Source: Eledone cirrhosa (lineage: Eukaryota). Taken from it: DNA of 64,000 nucleotides. The translations under genes were made by a program, and so were the position numbers. Where the stretch lies: contig OZ024748.1 of NCBI GenBank assembly GCA_964016885.1, forward strand, positions 53,878,001 through 53,942,000, given 5' to 3'. Under the pieces are notes generated by a model that searched no databases, was not told the DNA's origin, and worked only from the letters and a program-made list of their open reading frames with translations. This document shows positions 44,330-56,474 of the stretch, in pieces (position 1 is the first letter of the stretch; each line of letters begins with the position of its first letter).

Positions 44330-45620
44330 GGTGTTGTGTGGTGTGGTATGGAATATAGTGTGGTGTGGTCTGGTCTGGTATAGCATGCTGTTGTATGGTG
44401 TGGTGTGGTGTGGTATGGTGTTGTGTGGTGTAGTATTGTGTGGTGTGGTATGGTAAGGTGTTGTGTGGTGTGTTGTGGTGTTGTGTGGTGTGGTATGGAA
44501 TATAGTGTGGTGTGGTCTGGTCTGGTATAGCATGCTGTTGTATGGTGTGGTGTGGTATGGTATGGTGTTGTGTGGTGTAGTATTGTGTGGTGTGGTATGG
44601 TAAGGTGTTGTGTGGTGTGTTGTGGTGTGGTGTGGAATATAGTGTGGTGTGGTCTGGTCTGGTATAGCATGCTGTTGTATGGTGTGGTGTGGTATGGTAT
44701 GGTGTTGTGTGGTGTGGTATGGTAAGGTGTTGTGTGGTGTGTTGTGGTGTGGTGTGGAATATAGTGTGGTGTGGTCTGGTCTGGTATAGCATGCTGTTGT
44801 ATGGTGTGATGTGGTATGGTATGGTGTTGTGTGGTGTAGTATTGTGTGGTGTTGTGTGGTGTGGTATCGTAAGGTGTTGTGTGGTGTAGTATGGTGTGGT
44901 GTGGTGTGGAATATAGTGTGGTGTGGTCTGGTCTGGTATAGCATGGTGTTGTATGGTGTGATGTGGTATGGTATGGTGTTGTGTGGTGTAGTATTGTGTG
45001 GTGTTGTGTGGTGTGGTATGGTAAGGTGTTGTGTGGTGTAGTATGGTGTGGTGTGGTGTGGAATATAGTGTGGTGTGGTCTGGTCTGGTATAGCATGGTG
45101 TTGTATGGTGTGATGTGGTATGGCATGGTGTTGTGTGGTGTAGTATTGTGTGGTGTTGTGTGGTGTGGTATGGTAAGGTGTTGTGTGGTGTGGAATATAG
45201 TGTGGTGTGGTCTGGTCTGGTATAGCATGGTGTTGTATGGTGTGATGTGGTATGGTATGGTGTTGTGTGGTGTAGTATCGTGTGGTGTTGTGTGGTGTGG
45301 TATGGTAAGGTGTTGTGTGGTGTAGTATGGTGTGGTGTGGTGTGATGTGGTATGGTAAGGTGTTGTGTGGTGTAGTATGGTGTGGTGTTGTGTTGTGTGG
45401 TGTGGTATGGAATACAGTGTGGTGTGGTCTGGTCTGGTATAGCATGCTGTTGTATGGTGTGATGTGGTATGGTATGGTGTGGTGTGGTGTGGTGTGGTGT
45501 GGAATATAGTGTGGTGTGGTCTGGTCTGGTATAGCAAGGTGTTATATGGTGTGATGTGGTATGGTATGGTAAGGTGTTGTGTGGTGTAGTATGGTGTGGT
45601 GTGTGGTGTAGTATAATGTG
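44330..45620. repeat. Pentamer-based (GTGTG/GTATG) satellite with a higher-order unit of about 120-230 bp
   Basis: Recurring anchor gaatatagtgtggtgtggtctggtctggtatagcatg. Confidence 0.9.
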
Positions 45621-45984
45621 GTGTGGTGTACTGTGGTGTATTGCATGGTGTGGTGAGGTGTAATTAATAGTTGTATGATGATGTAGTGTTGACACTGTTT
45701 GGTGTGGTATGGTGGGTTGCTGTGTGGTGTGGTGTGGTGAGATGTGGTGTGGCGTGGTTGAGTTACAATATATAAGGTGATGTGGTGGTGTGTTGTATAT
45801 AGCATTGTGTAGTACACTATAGCATGGTTTTCTGTAGTGTGGCATGGTGTAGTGTAGTATGGTGTGGTGTGGTGTGGTATAGCATGGGGTGGTGTGGTGT
45901 GGTGTGGTATAGCATGGGGTGGTGTGGGAGTTGTTTCATGGTCAGGTTTAGTACATCTTGGTATGGCATAAAGTGGTGTGATGA

Positions 45985-48380
45985 GATATAGTGTAGTGTC
46001 GTTTGGTAGGGAGTGGAGTGGTGAGGTATAGTGTAGTGTCGTTTGGTATGGTATGGTATGGTGTGGAGTGGAGTGGTGAGGTATAGTGTAGTGTCGTTTG
46101 GTATGGTATGGTGTGGAGTGGAGTGGTGAGGTATAGTGTAGTGTCGTTTGGTATGGTATGGTGTGGAGTGGAGTGGTGACGTATAGTGTAGTGTCGTTTG
46201 GTATGGTATGGTGTGAAGTGGAGTGGTGAGGTATAGTGTAGTGTCGTTTGGTATGGTATGGTGTGGAGTGGTGAGGTATAGTGTAGTGTTGTTTGGTATG
46301 GTATGGTATGGTGTGGAGTGGAGTGGTGAGGTATAGTGTAGTGTCATTTGGTATGGTATGGTATGGTGTGGAGTAGTGAGGTATAGTGTAGTGTCGTTTG
46401 GTATGGTATGGTATGGTGTGGAGTGGTGAGGTATAGTGTAGTGTTGTTTGGTATGGTGTGGAGTGGAGTGGTGAGGTATAGTGTAGTGTCGTTTGGGATG
46501 GTGTGGAGTGGAGTGGTGAGGTATAGTGTAGTGTCATTTGGTATGGCATGGTGTGAAGTGGAGTGGTAAGGTATAGTGTAGTATCATTTGGTATGGTGTG
46601 GTGTGGAGTGGAGTGGTGAGGTATAGTGTAATGTCGTTTGGTATGGTGTTGTGTGGAGTGGAGTGGTGAGGTATAGTGTAGTGTTGTTTGGTATGGTATG
46701 GTATGGTGTGGAGTGGAGTGGTGAGGTATAGTGTAGTGTCGTTTGGTATGGTATGGTATGGAGTGGTGAGGTATACTGTAGTGTTGTTTGGTAGGGTATG
46801 GTATGGTGTGGAGTGGAGTGGTGAGGTATAGTGTAGTGTCATTTGGTATGGTATGGTGTGGAGTGGTGAGGTATAGTGTAGTGTTGTTTGGTATGGTATG
46901 GTGTGGAGTGGAGTGGTGAGGTATAGTGTAGTGTCGTTTGGTATGGTATGGTGTGGAGTGGTGAGGTATAGTGTAGTGTCGTTTGGTATGGTATGGTATG
47001 GTGTGGAGTGGTGAGGTATAGTGTAGTGTTGTTTGGTATGGTATGGTATGGTGTGGAGTGGAGTGGTGAGGTATAGTGTAGTGTCGTTTGGTATGGTATG
47101 GTGTGGAGTGGTGAGGTATAGTGTAGTGTCGTTTGGTATGGTATGGTATGGTGTGGAGTGGTGAGGTATAGTGTAGTGTCGTTTGGTATGGTATGGTATG
47201 GTGTGGAGTGGTGAGGTATACTGTAGTGTTGTTTGGTATGGTATGGTATGGTGTGGAGTGGAGTGGTGAGGTATAGTGTAGTGTCATTTGGTATGGTATG
47301 GTGTGGAGTGGTGAGGTATAATGTAGTGTTGTTTGGTATGGTATGGTATGGTGTGGAGTGGAGTGGTGAGGTATAGTGTAGTGTCGTTTGGTATGGTGTG
47401 GTGTGGAGTGGAGTGGTGAGGTATAGTGTAGTGTCATTTGGTAGGGTATGGTGTGGAGTGGTGAGGTATAGTGTAGTGTTGTTTGGTATGGTATGGTATG
47501 GTATGGTATGGTATGGTATGGTGTGGAGTGGAGTGGTGAGGTATAGTGTAGTGTTGTTTGGTGTGGTATGGTATGGTATGGAGTGGTGAGGTATAGTGTA
47601 GTGTCATTTGGTAGGGTATGTTGTGGAGTGGTGAGGTATAGTGTAGTGTCATTTGGTAGGGTATGGTATGGTGTGGAGTGGTGAGGTATACTGTAGTGTC
47701 ATTTGGTAGGGTATGGTGTGGAGTGGTGAGGTATACTGTAGTGTTGTTTGGTAGGGTATGGTATGGTGTGGAGTGGTGAGGTATAGTGTAGTGTCATTTG
47801 GTAGGGTATGGTATGGTGTGGTGAGGTATAGTGTAGTGTTGTTTGGTATGGTATGGTATGGTGTGGAGTGGTGAGGTATAGTGTAGTGTCATTTGGTATG
47901 GTATGGTATGGTATGGTGTGGAGTAGTGAGGTATAGTGTAGTGTCGTTTGGTATGGTATGGTATGGTATGGTGTGGAGTGGTGAGGTATAGTGTAGTGTT
48001 GTTTGGTATGGTATGGTATGGTGTGGAGTGGTGAGGTATAGTGTAGTGTTGTTTGGTATGGTATGGTATGGTATGGTGTGGAGTGGTGAGGTATAGTGTA
48101 GTGTTGTTTGGTATGGTATGGTATGGTATGGTGTGGAGTGGTGAGGTATAGTGTAGTGTCATTTGGTAGGGTATGGTATGGTGTGGAGTAGTGAGGTATA
48201 GTGTAGTGTCGTTTGGTATGGTATGGTATGGTATGGTGTGGAGTGGTGAGGTATAGTGTAGTGTCATTTGGTATGGTATGGTATGGTGTGGAGTGGTGAG
48301 GTATAGTGTAGTGTCGTTTGGTATGGTATGGTATGGTATGGTGTGGAGTGGTGAGGTATAGTGTAGTGTTGTTTGGCGTG
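45985..48380. repeat. Pentamer-based satellite of about 45-60 bp (gagtggtgaggtatagtgtagtgtcgtttg(gtatg)n)
   Basis: Direct reading. Confidence 0.95.
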
Positions 48381-48544
48381 GTGTTGTAGTGTGGTGTGGT
48401 CAGGAGATGCTCTGGACAGGAAAGAAGGGAGAGTGCGAACTAAAATGGAAGCTAGTAAATAAAAGGCAAAGCTGGGGAAAGGAGAGATCTGTGAATAAAC
48501 CTTTTGATGAATGAAATGATAAATGTTAGGATTATTGAATAGAT

Positions 48545-48840
48545 GGTAGAATGGTGGGGAGGTGGAATGGTGGGTGGTGGAATGGTGGGGAGGTGAAATG
48601 GTGGGGGTGGAATGGTGGGTTGTGGAATGGTGGGGGTGGAATGGTGGGTGGTGGAATGGTGGGGTGGTGGAATGGTGGGGTGGTGGAATGGTGGGGAGGT
48701 GGAATTGTGGGGTCGTGGAATGGTGGGGAGGTGGAATGGTGGGTTGGTGGAGTGGTTGGTTGAATGGGGGAATGGTGGGGTGGTTGGATGGTGGGGTGGT
48801 GGAAGGGTGAGGTGATGGTAGGGATGGTGGGATGGCTGGA
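48545..48840. repeat. G-rich (GGAATGGTGGGG..) repeat
   Basis: Direct reading. Confidence 0.85.
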
Positions 48841-49429
48841 CTTTAAGTGGACATTAACTAGATTTCACTGAAGTGGTTTATGCATACACACATAAATACA
48901 TCTGCTGCTCACACACACCTCCTACACACACACACACCACACATACACGTCAATGTCCACATATACTCACAACCTCCACACACATACACATTACAACCCC
49001 TTCACACACACGCAACAACCTGCACACATACATACACACTACCACCTCCACACACACATCAACAACCTCACACACATTCAAATAATATCGAATCTATGAA
49101 ATTTTGATATTATTTATTTTGAGAACAATACCTTAACATCAGTATGAGTAGCAAGTTACAGCTGGTTTGAACAGAAAGAGGTGAAAGAATTCTGGCCAGA
49201 TAAGGCTGGTTTAAAAATAAACAGCTTTTTTATCATAGAGCCTAGGGCAGTTTCATGTGGTTTGGTATTGAAATGGTAAAGGTACCATGATAAATCTTAG
49301 AGCAAAACAGTTTAAGAACATCTGCATTAAACAATGTAGTTCTTGATATATAAAAGATGGGATGGTCATAGCTGGAATGCTTTTGATCATAATTCTGCTC
49401 AATGTGGCTTAAATTTAGTCTAAATAATT

Positions 49430-49640
49430 CTTCCTAACTTTGGCACAAAACCAGAAATTTGTGGGAGAAGAAAGTTGATAATATTGACCCTAATAATTGA
49501 CTGGTACATTATTTTATTGATCTCAGAGGAAGAAAGGTAAAGTTGACCAGAGTAGGACTTTAACTTAGAACATAAAAAGTCTTAACTAATTACTGCAGAG
49601 TATTTTGTCTGATGCTTTACCAATATTGACAACCGACTGC
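49430..49640 (-). mobile_element. Degenerate SINE family A
   Basis: tggcacaaaaccag...ctggtac..attttattga...aaaggtaaagttgacc. Confidence 0.7.
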
Positions 49641-49852
49641 CTTTTGTTTTGGGGAGGGGTAATGCTAACTACAACTACAGCAGCATGCCATACAAGAAGG
49701 GTGTTTGGCAATAAAACATTGCATTAAAATGTCCTCTTCAGCTCATACTGGAATGGAATAGTCAACATAAAAACAACAGTGTTATATATTTATCTATCTA
49801 TCTATCTATCTATCTATCGATCTATATATATATATATATATATATATGTATA

Positions 49853-49953
49853 CAGGGTGTCCCAAAAAACTGTATACATGCTTTGATTACCTGTACAGGC
49901 AATATTTATTAGAATGCTGTTGAAGTGTGCATACAATTTTTGGGGACACCTTG
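49853..49953. mobile_element. Tc1/mariner-type MITE
   Basis: TA|CAGGGTGTCCCAAAAAACTGTAT ... ATACAATTTTTGGGGACACCTTG imperfect TIRs; a half copy near 25907. Confidence 0.75.
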
Positions 49954-50052
49954 TCTATAATAGGTGAATTCCCAATGTATATCAAGAGGTGACTATGAAA
50001 CAGTTTTAGTCCTGTAGAAGTAATTTCTATGATAAAATGTATATATATATGT

Positions 50053-51390
50053 GTCGTCGTCGTGTCTCGCTTGTACAGAACTGTTTCTCGCAGGTTTTGT
50101 ACGGCTGGAATCCCTTCCTAATGCCAACCACATTTACAGTGTGAACTAGGAGCCTTTTTACTGTGTCTCCTACACAACATTTAACAGTGTCGACTGGGAG
50201 CCTTTTTACCGTGTCTCCTACATGACCACTTAACAGTGTGGACTGGGAGCCTTTTTACTGTGTCTCCTACATGACCACTTAACAGTGTGGACTGGGAGCC
50301 TTTTTACTGTGTCTCCTACATGAGCACTTAACAGTGTGGACTGGGAGCCTTTTTACTGTGTCTCCTACATGACCACTTAACAGTGTGGACTGGGAGCCTT
50401 TTTACCATGTCTCCTACATGACCACTTTACAGTGTGGACTGGGAGCCTTTTTACTGTGTCTCCTACATGACCACTTTACAGTGTGGACTGGGAGCCTTTT
50501 TACTGTGTCTCCTACATGACCACTTAACAGTGTGGACTGGGAGCCTTTTTACTGTGTCTCCTACATGACCACTTAACAGTGTGGACTGGGAGCCTTTTTA
50601 CCATGTCTCCTACATGACCACTTAACAGTGTGGACTGGGAACCTTTTTACTGTGTCTCCTACGTGACCACTTAACAGTGTGGACTGGGAGTCTTTTTACT
50701 GTGTCTCCTACACAACCACTTTACAATGTGGACTGGGAGCCTTTTTACTGTGTCTCCTACACAACCACTTAACAGTGTGGACTGGGAGCCTTTTTACCAT
50801 GTCTCCTACATGACCACTTTACAGTGTGGACTGGGAGCCTTTTTACTGTGTCTCCTACATGACCACTTAACAGTGTGGACTGGGAGCCTTTTTACCATGT
50901 CTCCTACATGACCACTTAACAGTGTGGACTGGGAACCTTTTTACTGTGTCTCCTACGTGACCACTTAACAGTGTGGACTGGGAGCCTTTTTACTGTGTCT
51001 CCTACATGACCACTTAACAGTGTGGACTGGGAGCCTTTTTACCATGTCTCCTACATGACCACTTAACAGTGTGGACTGGGAACCTTTTTACTGTGTCTCC
51101 TACATGACCACTTAACAGTGTGGACTGGGAGCCTTTTTACTGTGTCTCCTACATGACCACTTAACAGTGTGGACTGGGAGCCTTTTTACTGTGTCTCCTA
51201 CATGACCACTTAACAGTGTGGACTGGGAACCTTTTTACTGTGTCTCCTACATGACCACTTAACAGTGTCGACTGGGAGCCTTTTTACCGTGTCTCCTACA
51301 TGACCACTTAACAGTGTGGACTGGGAGCCTTTTTGCCATGTCTACTACACGACCACTTTACAGTGTGGACTGGGTGCTATTTGTTGTGTC
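50053..51390 (-). repeat. 49-bp tandem array (about 25.5 copies) inside an RTE/SINE 3' end
   Basis: cagtgtggactgggagcctttttactgtgtctcctacatgaccacttaa from 50137 to about 51385; flank cggctggaatcccttcctaatgccaacc matches the RTE 3' UTR at 21218-21245. Confidence 0.95.
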
Positions 51391-51536
51391 AATCGGGAGT
51401 AACCGCAGTAAGTAAGGTACTCAATGCATAATAAAGTATATACAAGATTTAATATAGAAATGGCTTCTACAGGATTAGAACTGTTTCATTCTGATGATTC
51501 CTTTCGAATGAAACTATTTCTATATCAAATCTTATG

Positions 51537-51574
<38 letters not shown>

Positions 51575-51598
51575 TATATTTGTATGTATGTATGTATG

Positions 51599-51657
<59 letters not shown>

Positions 51658-51805
51658 ATACTTTGGGAGGGTCATGTTGCCAATAAGAAACACACGCACC
51701 AGTTGCTTTCACTTCAATTTATTACAAATTAAATTTATAAATTTAGGAATTTATAAATTTCCGGTTGGTTGGTTGGTTCCACAACCAGACGATTGTTCAT
51801 ATATT

Positions 51806-51848
51806 GTCAAATTTCTTTCGTCACACATTCTGTGACCTCTTCAGTGAC
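51806..51848 (-). ncRNA. Minimal type-I hammerhead motif (inverted pLTR)
   Basis: GTCA-CTGAAGA-G-GTCACA/TGTGAC-GAAA-GAAA-TT-TGAC. Confidence 0.7.
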
Positions 51849-52321
51849 TGGGGATTCTTTTCTTTGTTTTTGTGCCTCTCCTTTGTTCTGTCCTACGCCA
51901 TCTTGTTTTTTGTGTGTGTTGTGTGCTTAGTTTGCGCATGTGTTACATCCGGGTGTCTGTGTGTGTTTATATTTGTTTATTTATTTGTTTATTTACATGT
52001 TACTGGTTGGTTGTTCTATGTGTGTGTTTAGACAAATCACAGAGGCAATAAACATAAATGAACTCCAACCAAAATTAAATAGAAAACATGAATGGAACAG
52101 CAACATCACAACTTACAATTAAGGACAAAATGAAAACACACACACACATAGAACAAACAACCAACCAGTAACATGTAAATAAACAAATAAATAAACAAAT
52201 ATAAACACACACAGATACCCGTATGTAACACATGCGCAAACTAAGCACACAACATGCACAAAAACAAGATGGCGTAGGACAGAACAAAGAAGAGGCACAA
52301 AAACAAAGAAAAGAATCCCCA

Positions 52322-52364
52322 GTCACTGAAGAGGTCACAGAATGTGTGTCGAAAGAACTTTGAC
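52322..52364 (+). ncRNA. Minimal type-I hammerhead motif (pLTR)
   Basis: GTCA-CTGAAGA-ggtcacagaatgtgtgtc-GAAA-GAAC-TT-TGAC. Confidence 0.7.
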
Positions 52365-52563
52365 AATATATGAACAATTGTCTGGTTGTGGAACCAACCA
52401 ACCAACCGGAAATTTATAAATTCCTAAATTTATAATAAATTAAAGTGAAAGTAACTGGTGCATGTGTTTCTTATTGGCAACATGACCCTCCCAAAGTATA
52501 ACAATATCGGTTTCAACACACGTTTTCAGATAAAGAATCTTGCTAAACAAATTCAGAAACGAA

Positions 52564-52597
<34 letters not shown>

Positions 52598-52834
52598 ATA
52601 TATATATTCATGTGTATTTGTGTATGTGTGTGTGAATGGGAGATAATTGGGCAGCCAGTTGATTTGAGGGAATGATGGATAGATGACTAGATGTATGGAT
52701 CATCTGATAATTGGATATATATGGAAGCTTTCTGGATAGATGGTTCACTAATCCTCTAATCTAGATAGCTTGGATCATTGAAGAAGTGAACTGTTTGATG
52801 AACAGATGGATGGATGGCTTTTTAGATAGATGGA

Positions 52835-53360
52835 CGGATGGTTAGATTGAAGGATGTAGCAAGAGGTGGTGGTGGTGATGGTGGTGGTAGGGATGGTGGA
52901 GGAGGTGGATGGTTAGATTGAAGGATGTAGCAAGAGGTGACGGTGGTGGTAGTGGTGGTGGAGGAGGTGGGTGGTTTGATTGAAGGATGTAGCAAGAGGT
53001 GGTGGTGGTGGTGGCGGTGGTGGCGATGGTGGTGGGGGTGGTGGTAGTGGTGGTGGATGGTTAGATAGAAGGATGTAGCAAGAGGTGGTGAGGGTGGTGG
53101 TGGGGGATGGTTCAATAGAAGGATGTAACAAGAGGTGGTGGTGATGGTGTTGGTGGTGGTGGTGGTGGTGGTGGTAGTGGTGGTGATGGAGGTGGTGGAT
53201 GGTTAGATAGAAGGATATAGCAAGAAGTGGTGATGGAAGTGGCAGGGTGTTGGTGGTGGTGGAGGTGGTGGTGGCAGTGGTGGTGGTGGATGTATGGTTA
53301 GATAGAAGGATGAAGCAGGGGGGGGGTGATGGTAGTGGTGGGAAGGCAGTGGTGGTGGAA
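52835..53360. repeat. (GGT)n minisatellite with ggatggttagat.gaaggatgtagcaagag anchor
   Basis: Direct reading. Confidence 0.9.
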
Positions 53361-53669
53361 GTACAGATGGATGATTTACTGAATGGTTAGATGAAAGAGG
53401 TATTGAAACTAGCTAAGAGGCTGTTAGTTTGGTGGGATGGTAGGGGGGGAAAGGGGGCCAGATCAAAGATAATAATAAGATCAGCAGGTATGGTCAGGGT
53501 AGCTTGGTTGACCAGTTAAATCAGTGACTGCTAAAGCGATCAAAACTGCTCCACCTCTTCTGGGATAGGAGTGGGGTTGTGAGACTGAAGAGGGATACAG
53601 GAGGAGGATAGAGCAAGGGGTTAGGTTCCAAACAACAGCTTAATAAGGATAAAGTATTTATATTACTAA

Positions 53670-54555
53670 GAATCGATAGAGCATCAGACAATATGCTATG
53701 TGGCATTGCTTTACGGCCCCTTACATTCTGAGTTCAAATCCTGCCAGCTTTTCATTTCATCCTTAAGGGGTTGATAAAATCCTGCCGAGGTTAACTTTGC
53801 CTTTCAGCCGTACAAGGTCGATAAAATAAAGTACCAGTAATGCACTGGGGTCGATTTAATAGACTTTACCTCACCCAATATTGTTGGCTTTGTGCCTAAA
53901 CCAGAAACCATTATTATTTTTATTTGTCTGACAAAATGCCTTACAGTATTTAGTTACATCCCTTTATTTTTTCTTAGTGCAAATCTCAACAAAGTCACTT
54001 TTGGCTTTCATCAATTCCAGGGGTCAATATGATATAGTACCAGTTATGTACTGGTGTCAATACAATATGTACCAGTTATGTACTGGTGTCAATATAGTAC
54101 CAGTTATGTACTGGAGTCATTGTAATATACAACTGACATTTAGTCTAAAATCATTGGTCTTGTGAGAAATTAGAAATCATTATTTGGCAGAATCAGTAGC
54201 GCCTCGGACAACATGCTTTGCAGCATAGAGTTATGGCCCTTTACTTTCTGAGTTCAAATCCTGCTGAGGTTAGCCTTGCCTTTCATCCTTACAGAATCGA
54301 TAACATAAAGTACCAGTAATGCACTGGGGTAATTTCTGGCTTTGTGCCAAAAGTAGAAACAATTATTATAAATAATTAATTGTTTCTACTTTAGGCACAA
54401 GGCCAGCAATTACCCAGTGCATTACTGGTACTTTATTTTATCGACCCCCATATGGATGAAAGGCAAAGTCAACCTCGGCGGGATTTGAACTCAGATCGTA
54501 AAGGGACGTAACTCTGCTGGAAAGCATGGCGTCCGACCCTCGACCGATACTGTCA
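53670..54555. mobile_element. SINE family A cluster (three + copies, then one - copy)
   Basis: Consensus matches; the last two copies are tail-to-tail. Confidence 0.85.
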
Positions 54556-54928
54556 AATAAAGGAATTACTGTTATTGTTGTTTTAATATAATTGTTGTGT
54601 TTGTTTTGTATTCATGTATCTTAGTTGTTTTGTATTTGTTTTTAATTAAATTTAAACATCAACCAAAAAAAACATCAAATAAAATAGATAAATAAAACAA
54701 TAATACATCAATACATCATGTAATTAAATACATGTCTCACTTGTTAACGAGACATGTAACGAGATGATATAAACATCATGTCTATTAAATATTAACCAAC
54801 ACTCTCCTTACAACTCTCACTCTCTCTCACATCTCCACTCTTTCTATTTCTCTCACTTCTCTCACCTATATATACATATATATATGACATATATGTATAT
54901 CTACTGTATATATATTTATATATATGTA

Positions 54929-55193
54929 TGCCATCGAGGTCATACTTTCTCCTATATATATATATATATAGGAGAAAGTATGACCCCGACGGCAGAGCTC
55001 AAGCCGTTTCGACTGCTATTTCTGGACTAAATATATATATATATAACGAAGAAGGTGTGGTGTGGTAAGGAACCAGATGGACCATAACGCACCAGAGTAG
55101 TCAATACTTAGGGTAGTAGAGTGGGTAATAGCGTCCAGAAATAGCCGTTGAAATGGCTTGAGCTCTGCCGTTGGGGTCAAACATTTTCCTATG
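54929..55193. mobile_element. Family X pieces in +/-/+ orientation separated by (TA)n
   Basis: gaaacggcttgagctctgccgtcggggtc shared with the 18731 copy. Confidence 0.75.
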
Positions 55194-55207
55194 TAATATA
55201 TATATAT

Positions 55208-55556
55208 ATCATCATCATCATTATCATTTCATTTTACGTCCGCTTTTTCCCTGCTTGCAAGGGTGGGACGGTAACTGATTCTGGCTTGATTTCTACAGCT
55301 GGATGCCCTTCCTAACACCAACCTCATTTACAGTGAGTGCTGGGTGCTTTTTTTTTCCCGTGGCACCTACACGTCCACTTTACAGTGGAATGATAGGGAC
55401 CCAAGTCTCTATCATCTCATTTCTACAGCTGAGCAAACTGGAGCAATGTGAAATAAAGTGTCTTGCTCAAGGAAACAACACATCACCCGGTCTGAGAATT
55501 GAACTGACAACCTTTCGATTGCAAGGCCAATGCTCTAACCACTAAGCCATGTGCCT
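55208..55556 (-). mobile_element. SINE family B, tail type 1
   Basis: Same structure as 8991-9376. Confidence 0.92.
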
Positions 55557-55699
55557 CATATATATATATACACACACACACATACACACACATATATATA
55601 TAAAGTCAGGACCACGACGACTGAGCTTCGGCCATTTCCACAGCTGGATCTGAACTCTGCTGCGTTCTGCTTCACCTGGTATCTTACCACACCCGCAAG

Positions 55700-55920
55700 A
55701 GATGTCAACATGAATGGACCTATTATTTTTATCTAAAGACATTTTTTCCAATTCCATCCCGCCCGTCCCCTCAATCTATTTTATTTCTCATTCTTTCTTC
55801 TGATGAAGGACTAGCATCCGAAACGTTAAGACCCTCTTCCTGCTATATCAAGCGTTAACCTAATATATCCCTTCCATATACTGTACCGATTGTGTTGTTA
55901 TTTCTGTTTACCTTTTACAT
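55700..55920 (+). mobile_element. Penelope-like 3' remnant (family of the 9612 copy)
   Basis: RCQHEWTYYF-like ORF end; contains a hammerhead. Confidence 0.7.
55796..55831 (+). ncRNA. Minimal type-I hammerhead motif
   Basis: TCTT-CTGATGA-A-GGA/TCC-GAA-ACGT(palindrome)-T-AAGA; GUU site. Confidence 0.8.
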
Positions 55921-55922
55921 AC

Positions 55923-55955
<33 letters not shown>

Positions 55956-56082
55956 AGAACAAAAGATGGATAAAAGAGTTCCATGTATTCTATTATGCGC
56001 ATTTCAATATATATATATATATGCCAATACTGGAATTGTATAATCAAGACCGTAGCGGTATGTCATATATCGATTCATATAT

Positions 56083-56144
56083 TTTTATCTGATGAAGACG
56101 TACTGAAAAAACATCACAGTACCTTTGAAATATATATAATAAAG
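56083..56144 (+). ncRNA. Type-I hammerhead motif (family of the 32009 copy)
   Basis: TTTAT-CTGATGA-..GTACTG/CAGTAC..-GAAA-TATATA-TA-ATAAA. Confidence 0.8.
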
Positions 56145-56191
56145 CATATATTTTGACTATGTGAATATCCTTCATTTGTTAATATTGTGAA

Positions 56192-56225
<34 letters not shown>

Positions 56226-56299
56226 AATGAAGTATTTCCGTAGGAAAAGTACAGGAAAAGAGAGTGCTCTATGTAGGCTACAGAGCTTATTTTTTTTTA

Positions 56300-56361
56300 T
56301 TCATTCTGACGACTGAAGACAGATATAAATATCTGCCTTCAAGAAACCACTGGTAAATGAA
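56300..56361 (+). ncRNA. Type-I hammerhead motif
   Basis: TTCATT-CTGACGA-cTGAAGaCAGATA/TATCTGcCTTCAa-GAA-ACCAcTGGT-A-AATGAA; GUA site. Confidence 0.85.
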
Positions 56362-56474
56362 ATAATTATCTCATGTTGTTTATTACATAATTAATAAATA
56401 TATATATACATATATATATATATGTATATGTGTGTGTGTGTGTATCGCATATATGATATATATGTGAGTGTATA

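Larger units (their letters stand above)
51652..52564 (+). mobile_element. Penelope-like element: inverted pLTR + GIY-YIG C-terminus + pLTR
   Basis: 51652-52029 is the reverse complement of 52134-52505; the spacer encodes RQITEAININELQPKLNRKHEW...*; one hammerhead in each arm. Confidence 0.85.

Noticed and set aside
44140-44330. Unique GC-richer islands (also 41510-41640 and 14370-14520) as regulatory elements or exons
   Set aside because: No diagnostic motif, and conservation cannot be assessed from this window.
50137-51390. CRISPR-like appearance of the 49-bp, 60-bp and 86-bp arrays
   Set aside because: Units are contiguous with no unique spacers, there are no cas genes, and the context is eukaryotic.
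51480-51530. CTGATGA...GAAAC as a hammerhead
   Set aside because: No downstream partner for stem I; better explained by the gtttcattc/gaatgaaac inverted repeat.
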